A DNA stretch of 63,832 bases, the filler included, from Kipferlia bialata (taxonomy: Eukaryota): assembly GCA_003568945.1 (NCBI GenBank). It is 7 parts of 7 records of this genome, joined end to end, with 100 filler letters (N's around TTAATTAATTAA, not from the genome) between each part and the next. Parts side by side here need not be neighbours in the genome. Positions count along the whole stretch, not along the records: positions 11,131 to 22,152 come from BDIP01001310.1; positions 22,253 to 33,272 come from BDIP01001311.1; 5 more parts are not named here. One strand, given 5' to 3'. This document shows, one piece after another, positions 11,523 to 24,154 of the stretch. The position numbers and the translations under genes were made by a program. Under the pieces are notes generated by a model. It ran no database searches. It was not told where the DNA came from and saw nothing but the letters and a program-made list of their open reading frames with translations. How positions within the stretch are numbered: the first letter of the stretch is position 1; each line of letters opens with the position of its first letter.

Positions 11523-13265
11523 CTGTCCCCTTGATGACTGCCCTGTATACAATGCGGGCATCGGCAGTCTGGGATGGGAGGGGGAGGTTATTGGTATATA
11601 CTACATATTCTACATATTGAGAGAAACAGAAGGTAAAGAGATATATTGTAGAGAGAAGTGGCAGAGAGGGAACTGACACCCTGAGATGAGAGAGGGGAAG
11701 GGAGAGGGGGAAGCATTGGTTTGTCCCTGCAGACCTATTATTACTATTATCACTTATAGAGACATAATCACTTATAAAGACATAATAGAGACAATATGTG
11801 AAGGACATCTGCACCCTGGGTGAAGGTTTAGAGTGAATGCTGGGGAGGGGGGATAGTATCAGCTTCTTGTGGGTGAAAGAGGGGGGAGAAGAGAGAATAC
11901 ATACCTGGGTTGAAGAAAAATTGACATTATATGGAAAGGGGGATGGGGGATGGGGGGGAGAGAGAGAGAGAGAGAGAGACAGAAACGAGTGAGTGATGAA
12001 GAGTAATTGAATCCCCAATATTGAGATATGAGTTACGAGATATATATGGAATACCTTGGAGTGAGTGAGGAAAGAACGACACAGACACATATGAAGGTGG
12101 AGGGGAGGGGATATATAACACTTGGCCTATACTGTGAGAAAGAGAGAGAGAACATGATAATTACTATGGGTGTCACTACTCTTCGGTTATATAGGGAAAT
12201 GAGTATAACAAGAGAGTGCGAAGAGAAGGAGGGGGCGAGAGAGAGAGAGTATGTGCACCTTGATCTGACTGTAGCTGGCGTTGATGACCTTCATGGCCTT
12301 GTCCCCAGCGGCCTTGCCTGGGGTGAGGGGGATGGATACACAGATATATAGGGGAGACACATACTCATACCTGGTCAATACATATTACAAGGCTTATAGA
12401 CAGATGTATATCGTCACCAGCGGCCTTGCTGGGGTGTGGGGTGATGTATATACACAAGTAGATATATATATTCAGAGTGGGTAGTCCTTAGGTGGCCGAT
12501 ACCATATACAATAAGGATACTACTAGGACATATACATATTGATACAGAGAGACAGCTGCAGCTATACCTCATCCTGTATTATACATGTGAAGATATGGAA
12601 GTGCAAGTCCACATATACAGGTCAGAAAGGAGATGAGGAATAACAAGTGGATAGGTTGGATTGAGTGAACCACCACATTGAAACCATACAATGTACACAC
12701 TATCCACCAGCCATTGTAACTCGCTGAAGGCGTCCATTAGAGAGAGATATGGTAGAAAGCTGCATCTTACACTGAGTATAGACACTGTATATCGATATAT
12801 GCATGTATACAGATGCGGGTAGGGGTGCCCTCTCCCAATATACATTCTTTCTCTATATATACTGTAGCCCCTACCCTCCGGTGTCCTCTGCTTGTCGGGG
12901 TGGTACTCCCTGGACATGTTCCTGTACTGGTGGGGTGAGGATGTAGGGGATTCACTAAGGCAGATGATCAAGGACTCATGACTCTTATGACAGAGCCTAT
13001 ATATACCACACACACACACACAGTGCATGCTGTGTCCCTACCTTCTTCTTGATGAGTGTGTCATCCTCGCAGTCTGTGGGTACACCCAGGACCTAGTGGG
13101 TTAGCACCTGGTACAGTACGGGATATTCAATGCATGAGGGTCAAATAGATCAACTATCTATATATGTATAGGCTTATATATATATCTGTCCCATACCTCA
13201 AAGGCAGTCTTGTTGGTCAGGTCCACCTCTGTGATGTCCCTCTCTTCACTGTCCTTCTCAGGCAT
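11523..13265 (-). CDS. DnaJ (J-domain) protein, 3' incomplete; exons 13265-13197, 13092-13042, 12926-12875, 12317-12259, 11568-11523
   Basis: Spliced translation TAFEVLGVPTDCEDDTLIKKKYRNMSREYHPDKQRTPEGKAAGDKAMKVINASYSQIKTADARIVY contains the HPD motif. Confidence 0.9.
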
Positions 13266-13529
13266 TGTGCACGGATTACACACTCTGTGCTATAGAGAGA
13301 ACTGGACGCAGAGGTTGTGATAGTCGCGTACCGTGGGTCGACGTTTCCATCCATATGTTTGTGTCTTGACTAAACCCTTTGTGGAGAGCAGAACCATCCT
13401 CCATAGCCTTGAATCTAATACTACAGCTGCATATAGACAATACAACTCTATCTATTACAGTTACACGGTGGGTTGTTGTGTCAGAGTGATACTAAGTCCA
13501 CTGACCAACCCCTCTCTCTCTCTCTCCCT

Positions 13530-16500
13530 CTACAGCTGCTGGGATGACCCCATCTCCACCCTCTTCTCCTTCTCCCTCCTCTCCCTCATCATCAATAGGG
13601 CAATGTCCTTGAAGCGCTGCACATACACGGCACGCATCTCCTCCTGGGGGTCAGTATATATATATATATATATATCCATATCTATCTAGCATCTCCTCCT
13701 GGGGGTCAGTGTATCCATATCATTCTACCATTTTCATATATTTATATATATATATATATACATATATGAACATCACTGTTAATAACCATATATCAAGGTA
13801 TGTACAATCATGGGACGCATCTCCTCCTGGGGGGTCAGGGCATGTACATACACATAGAGTAATTACTCCACTCTAAATATGTATCCATAAATGTATCTAT
13901 ACTCAAATCCTACACACCTGGCTCTGCTTGAGTGCCTGTATGGACTGCTGTACTAGGATTCTTGTATATACTATGCATATACTGTACCTGCTCTCTCTGT
14001 ATCAATCCATGTATGTATCTATATCCCATGTACCTGGCTCTGCTTAAGTGCCTGTATGGATTGCTCCTCTATCAATCTCTCTTTCTCTCTATACATACAT
14101 ATATACATATATGTGTACGTGTGTCTATATCATCTATACCTGGCTCTGCTTGAGTGCCTGTATGGACTGCTGTATATAGTTGTATATAGGCACTCTCTCT
14201 ATCCATATCTATCTATCCATATGTATACACACCAGTACCTGGCTCTGCTTGAGTGCCTGTATGGACTGCTGTGTCTTGACAGACAGGGCAGACAGGGACT
14301 GGGTCGAAGAGGCAATGTGGGCTGGGGGTTAGGATACATATAGGGAAGAGAGTCAGAGAGAGAGTGTGTGTGAGAGAGATTATGTGGTCTGGGATAGTGT
14401 GTAGCAATAATAGAGAGCGATGAGAGGGGAGAAAGTACCCCTACCTGCCAGGGCACCGCTGAGTGCCTGAGTCTTCCTCAAGATTTCTCTCTATTCACCA
14501 ACATATATACATAGAGTATATACCTACATACACATCTACATATACCTGAGAGTGCATCGCTGAGTGCCTGTGTCCTCTGCAGGATATATATATAATACTT
14601 TGCTCTCTCTCTCTCTATATATATATATATAGTATGTAACTATATACATATACACATCTATATACCTGTCAGTGCATCGCTGAGTGCCTGTGTCCTCTGC
14701 AGGGTGCCTGTCTGCTGTCTGTCTCTCTCCCCCTCCACAGACTCAGTCAGCGTGGCAGTCAGGGACTGCACCTCGGACAGGGCCCTGCGGTCAACGATTA
14801 GTATACGAGAATAGTAATGTATACTATATGTTACTGATAATCTTCATATATATAGAAGAGGGATGGTAAGAGACTGTACCTCGGACAGGGCCCTGCGGGT
14901 GAGGGGGGCAATGTTAGTACGACTACACACAACAATACACATATACACCACTACATACCTAGCCACTTCTCCCCTGAGTCTCTCTGTCTCCTGGGTCATA
15001 TACTATACACTACACACATACACTCTCTAGACACAACCACACACATATATATATATATACATATATATATACCACTCTTCTTTGTTTCATACCTAGCCAC
15101 TTCTCCCCTGAGTCTCTCTGTCTCCTGTGCCATTGTCTGTGTGGCAGACTCAACCTCGGCAGACACACGGGTGGAGTGGTCGGACAGGGCCTGGGTTGGA
15201 TATATATTAATCATATATATAGACACATACATATATACATATTAATACATCCATCACGGGTGGANNNNNNNNNNNNNNNNNNNACATATATACATATTAA
15301 TACATCCATCACGGGTGGAGTGGTCGGACAGGGCCTGGTGTTATATGCATAGATATAGATAGAGAGAGTATATATATATACACACATATATATACATGCA
15401 TATATATATATCCATCGCGGGTGGAGTGGTCGGAGAGGGCGTGGTGTTATATGCATAGATATAGATAGAGAGCGCACATATATATATATATACATATGTC
15501 TATCATGTATGGGGTGGTCGGACAGGGCATGGGGGTAGAGATATATAGATAGAGAGAGTATATATATAATTATATACATATTAATACATCTATCACGGGT
15601 GGAGTGGTCGGACAGGGCCTGGGTTAGATATATACATAGATAGAGAGAGTATATATATATTAATATACATATTGACACATCTATCATGGATGAATTGGTC
15701 GGACAGGGTATGGGGGTCAATGATCTAAACATGTCTAGTGATTATACACCCAGGTGAAGCGGTCACTCCTACCTTGACCGTGTCGTTGACAGTGCATATA
15801 CATAAACACACACATATATCTATATGCTCTCTCTGTCTCTCTCTGTCTCTCTATATATATATCTATCTATACATACATCTCATACCTTGACTGTGTCGTT
15901 GACTGTGTCTGTGCATGTCTGGGTGAGGGTAATGCACTCCTGCACCTGGGGGGTCAAAACAATATATATACCATATATACATAACAATTAAATTTATACA
16001 TATATGAATATACCAACATATATACATATATACACATATATTCAATGGGTCAGGGTGATGCACTCCTGCACCTGGGGGTGGAGGGAGTATAGGTATATGG
16101 AGACAACTGTATTCAGACACCCATATTACATATGTGGGTCAGTTGAACACAGTGTATCATTAGATGCATGAATAACACCACCCACCCTAGCACTAGATGC
16201 ATCAGTTGATGCAGTGGATGTCTCTCTCTCCATCCTGGCCTCTCTCTCTCTCTCCCTCTCAGCAAGGGCAGCTACATGGGCATCAAAGGTGGCCTGGGGT
16301 GAGATGGAGAAAACTACACAAAAAATAAAGATATATGCAAGATATATAGTAAATATACACACACCTTGACCCCATCCACTCTGACACTGACACTGTCCAC
16401 CCTTTCCATGATGGATGTATACATATCCATATGTATATATACCATATACAGTGTATATACACTATCCATACCTTCACCCCGTCTACTCTGACACTCACAC

Positions 16501-17521
16501 TGTCTACCCTCTCCATGATGGACGAGACGAGGAGCATGCGCTTGGAGTCCTGGGCTGGAGGTGATAGAGGTACATATAGTTATATGTATAGATACAAGTA
16601 TACTGGAATGTACGAATACACTAGGAGTATACGCTTGGAGTCCTGGGCTGGGGGTGAGAGAGGTACACATACACACATGTATGTATATAATAACACTACA
16701 ACCACCCACATGCGCCGCACTCTCTGACCCCTTCTAGCAGCTGCTATATTACATATATATGTGTGTGATGTATATATATACATCTATATATCTTATACCT
16801 GCGCCGCACTCCCTGACCCCCTCTAGCAGCTGCTGCTGCACGTCTCCCAGTGTGTCAGAGACAGATGTGATCAGGGTGTGGACCCCAGCCACCTCGGCAG
16901 CCACTCTCTCTCTCTCTGCAGCAAGGAGAGATGCACAGTGTGCCCTGGTCTCTGCGTCCATCCTCTCTCTCTCTCTCTCCCCCTCTGTCTCTGCCACCTC
17001 CACCCTGTCACTAATGGATGATACACTGGCCAGACAGGCTGAGACAGAGGTGGAGAGGTCATGCACGGTGGTGGTGGTCTGAGGGTGAGAACAGACATGC
17101 AATTATCAGTGCATGTACATATATAAACCACAGATAGAAAAGAGAGTGGACATGTCATGGAGGGTGGTCTGGGGTGGACACCATATCAGGATAGAGAATA
17201 GTCACATCCATCGTACCTCGTCCTGCACCCCCCTCAGTAGGGTGTGTCCCTGCTTGACCCCCTCTATGTCAGATGCCATGTCCTTGATGGACAGTGATAG
17301 AGAGGCATGGGTCTCTGTCACACGGGTGTCAACGGTAGCGATGGAGGCAGAGGTCTGGGGTCAGGGTATGGATACATGTATAGAGAGAGAGACACAGAGG
17401 GAGATAGGCATAGGAATGTATGGGTGGCACATGCAGTGATGGAGGTCTGAAGTAAGGTATGTATATATACATATATGTATACATTACCTTCTGCTCCACC
17501 CCCTGCACCGCCTGGGCCACC

Positions 17522-17552
<31 letters not shown>

Positions 17553-20500
17553 CATATATACGTATATATATATATACATCTCACCTTCTGCTCCACCCCT
17601 TCCACAGCCCGTGCCACCCTCTCAGCCATCTGTGTCTCCAGAGTGGATAGGGCACTGGCATTGCCTGCCACGCCCTTCCTCACCCCCTCCACCCCCTTCT
17701 CAACCTCTACCATCACACTCTGCTGCACCCTCTCCATGGCACTGGTGGTACTGGTCCTGTCGGCCTCTCTCTCTCTCTCCCTGGTCTGGCCCTCGGCAGC
17801 AACCTGGTATGAGGTATATATACAAATGCATTAGTACACATATGCTGAGTATTTGTATCTCGCTCACCTTGTCGTTGAGTGCCTTGACCTCTGTGTCCAC
17901 CTTGTCTGACAGGGTAGACACAGAGGCAGAGAGAGAGGAAGTGGCAGCGGCAAGGGCTGTCTCAGAGTCACGCCTGGGGTGGGGGGAGAGGCAGAGAGAC
18001 AGAGAGAGCCGTGGAAGGTGTCCGTGCATCTCTATATATGTCAATGCTAATACATCTACATATACATCTTTCTGTGAATAAACACACTCTACTACACTAC
18101 CTACATATCCCTACCTGACCCCCTTGACCCCCTCCTCCACCATGAGGCACTAACACATATATATAGATATACTCTCTAGCACACTACCTATCTATGCATC
18201 TATCTAGTAATCTATGTCTATATACATGTACATACCTCACCCCCTTGACCCCCTCCTCCACCATCAGGCACAGTCTGGTGTCAAGGGCACCGGCCCTCTC
18301 GTTGATGACCTAGGGGTTAGACACTCATTCAAAAGGATACAATAACATACACTACAATATTAACCTTCGTGACTGCCCCCGCTAGATATAGTACACAAGG
18401 TATACCATCTTTTCCAGACACAGAATAGGTACCCACCATACCACTACCACCCATACCTTAGTGAGTGCCCCCTCCACCCCCTCGATGCCCCTCTGTGTCT
18501 CCTCCCTGGCTGTGCTGAGTACAGCAGCTGTGCATGCATCACAGTGGGCAGTGGCATCAACAAGGATGGAGTCAAGAACAGTTCTAAGAGTGAGGTTATA
18601 TATGTATATATAGTACAATGACTAGTGGCATCTGTCAGGAAGGAGTCAAGGGCAGTCCTGATATGAGGATATATATGTCGTTGCAATGTGCTCCCACCTA
18701 GGCACCATCTTTGCCCTCTCCCTCACTCCGTATGCCTCTAGTCTCGCTATGTTGGCTGTGTTACGGGCAGAGGACTCACGGGCAGTGTCCCTGGAGGTGA
18801 GAAGGACACTAGTTACCAAATAATAACCATTGACTATATACATATATATGTATACAAATACACACATACCTATCCTTGGCCATCATGTCGTTGAGTGATG
18901 CCATGCTCTCGGCCCATATATATATATGTACATGTGTGTGTCTCTCTCTCTCTATATATATATATCTGTATATCCATCTATATCTCCACACCTATCCTTG
19001 GCCATCATGTCGTTGAGTGATGCCATGCTCTCAGCCCATATCTCCTGTCCCTCTCTGTGGTTGTCCCCAATCACAGCTACAGACTCAGCCATAGTGGCAA
19101 TCTGGCCCTGGAGATTAGTGTGTATTACACTAGTATATTGGTATCAGTATGAATAGTATATAGTATACAATCATCCATATATTACAGCCACAGACTCAGC
19201 CATGGAGGCAAGCTGGCCCTGGGGGTTAGTATTATATATATAGAACACTGAAACTAGTATAATAGGTAAGGTAAGCTAATATATATACAAACAGTACAAT
19301 ACTACACACACACACATATAACTATTCATATATAGCCACACATACATATCATAGACTCAGCCATGGAGGCTAGCTGGCCCTGGGGGTAAGGGACACTCAT
19401 AGCTTTTAATAACATGAATGTCTCCAAGTATATCCCTATACCTTCATCTTCTGGTAGTGCTTGTCGTGTATCCTCTGGGACTCCCTGGCTATGCCCTCAA
19501 TGTGGGCAGACAGCTCCTCTGGGGTGAGGAAGGGGAAGTGATATATAGCAATAGCAGATACATCAGTATTGTACATATATACATATACATATATGTAAAT
19601 CGATGTAAATGGAAACGCCCTCAATGTGGGCAGACAGCTCCTCTGGGGGTGAGAAGTAATTGCCTCTTACAAATATCTATATATATGTACTCACCCTCCC
19701 TGTCGCACCAGTCCTGGGCCATCTCCCTAGTATATATAGTATTCTCTCTCTCCCTCTCTCTCTATATATATACAAACTATCTATCAATATGTACTCACCC
19801 TCCCTGTCGAACCAGTCCTGGGCCATCTCCCTAGTATATATAGTATTCTCTCTCTCTCTCTCTCTATATACATATACAAATATACCCAATATACATACCC
19901 TCTCTGTCGCACCAGTCCTGTGCCATCTCCCTTGTACACATATACACATATACTATACAGTACGATATATATACATGTATATCAATATCCATTGTATACA
20001 TACTATACAGTATACCCAATATACATACCCTCTCTGTCGCACCAGTCCTGTGCCATCTCCCTCGTTGCCTGCTGCCACTCCTCAATGTCCACCAGACGCC
20101 GGGCCTCGTCAGCGGCACGCCTCTCCTGTGCCTCCTGGGCCTCTGTCTGCCTAGTCTTGTCCAGGGCAGAGAACTGGGGGGATGAGAGGGAATTATATAC
20201 CTGTACATACATATATAGAACATATACATAAGGTATATGGTATATACTAATATACACACTGTTACATCTGTCTAGCAGTGTCCAGGGCAGAGAACTGGGG
20301 GGGTTAGTATGGGTATGAATGTATAGACACAAATATAAGTACAAGGGACAAGGCACTCACCCTGTCCTCCATGCCAGACACTATACTATATATTTACACA
20401 CTACTATATATACCACTACATATATCACAATATATATTACTATATACATCCACTCACCCTGTCCTCCATTCCAGACACTATGGCGTCTGTCCTCTCCCTC

Positions 20501-22100
20501 TCTGCCTCTATGGCACTGTCTGCTGTCTGTCTCTCAGTCACTAGCAGGGCATGTACCTCGTCCCTCTCTCTCTCGCGGCACTGGACCTACAGTCAGGTAC
20601 GAGTGTATAGGGAATATAAATATGGATAATGCCATTACGTATTAGTCTCTCTCCCTCTCGCAGGGGTTTGCGGTGTGGTATGGATACATACTTCGTGTCC
20701 CTATCTGATATCTATCAGACACATCTATATACCTCCGCTGTCAACTGCCTGCTGTACATCTGCCAGTGTTGTATGAGATATATACATATATACAAATATA
20801 CATGCATCAATATACTCCGCTGTGACTGCCTGCTGTGTCTGGGTCAGGGTCTATCCACATATACTACATGTCCGTATATGAATATGCTATGTACATGACT
20901 ATATACACACCTCCGCTGTCACTGCCTGCAGTATCTGGGTCAGGGTCTGGTCCAGGGCAGAGTGGGCATCGGTGCTGTCGGCCTGGGGGGTTAGTATATG
21001 TATGAACATCTTCATATGTACAAGTACAAATCAGTTCATTCATACAAAGCAACAAATACATATATGTACATCTATATACCTTCATGACAGCCAGTGTGCT
21101 AGCCAGTGCCTGTGAGTCTGCCTCATCCAGATGTATATATATATACTTACACACACATATATATATATACATACTATTACACATATATGTATAGTACCTT
21201 CATCACACTGAGTGTACTAGCCAGTGCCTGTGCATCTGCCTCATCCAAACATCTATGCATATATATATATATATTCACATGCATATATAATATATATCAA
21301 TTTAGTATATAGAGTGTAATATAGTAGTACCTTCATCACACTGAGTGTGCTTGCCAGTGCCTGTGCGTCTGCCTCATGTCTCTGGGACAGGGAGTGCTCC
21401 AGGGCAGACAGGGCAGTGGCTGAGGTGAGAGGGTATATACACCTATAGAGGGAGAGAGAGAGGGAGTGCTCGAGGGCAGACAGAGCAGTGGCTACAGGGT
21501 GAGGAGAGTGGCATATACTATGTATAGAATTGAGGGAGTACATACACATACACCCACCTGCCCCCTCCTTGACCCCCTCCACCCTACTGTCCATCTCTGT
21601 GAGTCTGGTCTGCAGGGTGTGGTTAGACACCTCGGCCTGCCTCTCTCTCTCGGCACGCCTCTCACCCGCTGCATGCTCAAGCCTAGTGGGTTAGTATACA
21701 CACACACAAAAGCATAGATATCCACATATATGACAGAGTGTCACTGTCTCTCCCCTTCAGCATACACTCTCTCTCCCTACCTCCCTGCCACCTCTGAGCA
21801 GCATGTCTCCCACTGTGCCTTGCTCTCCCTGCCGAGTCTCTCTCTCTCTCTCTCTCCCTCCTGCCTCACTCCCTCAATAGCTGTGTCCAGCCTCTCTCTC
21901 TCCTTCTCAGCATAGGCCAGGCTCTGCCTCTCCCTCTCCTCGCCCCTCTCCTGCTCCCTGGGGGTGAGACTATATATATCTATCTACATACATACACACA
22001 TGAATCTCTAGCGATGTCCCAAAACCTATCAATGTCCCTCTATCTATACGCTACCCCACACCTAGCCAGAGTGCCTTTGAGTGCGTTGTGCTTGTCATAT
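13530..22100 (-). CDS. Long multi-exon coiled-coil protein (5' incomplete), stop TAG at 13530-13532
   Basis: More than 25 short exons with consensus splice sites encode heptad-rich A/E/S/R helices (for example SIMERVDSVSVRVDGVK and ASALSTLETQMAERVAR). No family recognised. Confidence 0.75.
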
Positions 22101-22312
22101 TACTCTCTCTCTATCTCCCCCCCCCCCCCCCCCACCCATTTATTTTTATCATNNNNNNNNNNNNNNNNNNNNNNNNNNNNNNNNNNNNNNNNNNNNTTAA
22201 TTAATTAANNNNNNNNNNNNNNNNNNNNNNNNNNNNNNNNNNNNNNNNNNNNCATCAGCTGTGGCATCTGTCTTGTAACTCTTCAGCCCCCCCCCCCCCC
22301 TCTCACCCCCAG

Positions 22313-23960
22313 CCATCTCCATCTGCCTCATCATCATCTGCCTGGGCATGTGTGATCTGTGGGAGGAGGAGCACTCAGAGAGCGGGGAGTACAACGGGTG
22401 GTACTACACATGTACGGTACACTATGCATGCTACACACACATATATACTCTCTCTCTGTCTCTCTTGACCCCCCCCCCCTCACCCCAGGCCTGGTCTTCT
22501 GCTACGTGGGCGTTGTCTCCCACACCGCCCTCTCCTTCATGATCATCATGGAGTGGCTGTCCCCCAATGTGCTCGGGGCACAGTTCGTGAACCCAACCAA
22601 CCTGGTAAGGATATATATCAGTCTACCAAGCCTCTCTGTCTCTCTCTCTCCCCCTCACCCTTCAGATCCCCCCCGTGGCCAACATCATCATGGGTCTGTC
22701 TCTGGCCAAGACAGAGCAGACAGAGCTCGGGTGGTTCTTCTGGGCATCAGGTATATATACCCAATATCCATAGTAATACATTCTCAATGATTTCCCAACC
22801 CCTCACCCCAGGCGTCATCATGTACCTAGGCATCTTCGCCATGTCCCTCACCCTGATGGTCACCGGCAAGTCCATGCCCCCCAAGCTCAGGACAACCATA
22901 TTCATCTGGGTGGGTGATTGTATGTGGATACCACTTCCTACTCTCTCTCTCTCTCATTGTCTTCTTCAATCACACCTCTCCCTCACCCCAGGCTGCCCCC
23001 GGGGCCCTTGCCTTCATCGCATACTCCGCCCTCACAGGGGGGACATGGGACGTCATGGCTAGGTATGCATATATACACATGTATGTGTGTTCATACAATG
23101 AATGTCCCCCCTCTATCTCCCCCCCGCCCCCTCTCACCCCCAGGCTGTTCTGCTACTCCGGCCTCTACTTCTGGTTCTTTGCCATGGTATTCTTCTTCGT
23201 CAGGATCGCACCCTGGATGCTGTACGTGCTGGTGTCTCTCTCTCTTACACACACACCCACACACACCCACTCTCTCTCTCTCTCTCTTTCTCTCTCTCCT
23301 TTAGTAGTGTTCACCCCCACTCCCCCTCATGTCCAGTAAGAAGTTCGAGGTGACCTGGTGGGCCATCACATTCCCCTCTGCCTCCACCGCCGTGTCTACA
23401 TTCGACCTGGCCAAGAAGATGGAGGTATGAATGTGTAGATATATTCATACTGTATACAACTCTAAGGAGATGGGGAGGTGGGGACACAGTGGGGTATGTA
23501 CACTCACTACCAAGCGGCCATATGTGTAGTATATCTCATTGACCCCCTCCCCCTCTCACCCCCCAGAAGGAGTACGGCGCTGGCAACAACACCATATTCA
23601 AGTGGATATCTTGGTTCGTGGCCGCCACTGACTTTGTGTTTGTGGCCCTATGCCTAGTGGCATCTGTCGTCCAGGTATAGTTGTATTAGTATTCTCACTT
23701 TCAGTCTCGTGTACAGTGGTCTGAGTCTCACCCCCTAGGGCTTCCGTGGCAACCTCTTTGTGGCCGAGGGAGAGGGCCCCAAGCCAAAGCAGATGCTCAA
23801 GGTAGGGTGGCAAGGGTGTCATAGGGTATTGGAGAGAGTGTTGTCACATAGTCTATGTGAAGTGAATAGATACTACCCCCCCCCCCCCTATCCCCTCCTC
23901 ACCCAGGCTGTCTCTGAGGTACCCCCCTCTGAGGAGGGTGCAGCTGAGGCCAAGGTGTAA
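22313..23960 (+). CDS. TehA/SLAC1 (TDT family) anion channel / dicarboxylate transporter, 5' incomplete
   Basis: Spliced motifs VNPTNL|IPPVANII, MPPKLRTTIFIW|AAPGALAFIAY and KKFEVTWWAITFP, plus multiple TM helices. Confidence 0.85.
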
Positions 23961-24154
23961 GGAGAGAGAGAGAGAGAGAGAGAGAGAGGCCGTAGCCTCA
24001 TTCTTTATAACGCGTATTAGTAGTGTGTGTTAGTTTTCGGTCGTTTGTTAACGGCCAGTGTATTATTTCGTTTGTTGATGTAATGTCGCATCATCAGTGT
24101 TGAAGTGAATAGATTGACAGACCCAAGTATTAATATCATGACTGACTAATGCTT

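Noticed and set aside
11431..12090. 219-aa ORF and many other Y/I/C/S/L-rich ORFs in the ORF track
   Set aside because: Translations of (TA)n, (CA)n and (GA)n intron microsatellites.
15170..15720. Repeat-spacer-like array resembling CRISPR
   Set aside because: The repeats are exon/acceptor copies, the spacers are related microsatellite-rich sequence, there are no cas genes, and the context is eukaryotic.
13635..21500. Echoes interpreted as ordinary mutually exclusive exons or protein repeats
   Set aside because: Almost all echoes have only one splice boundary and run into microsatellite, so they cannot be complete alternative exons.
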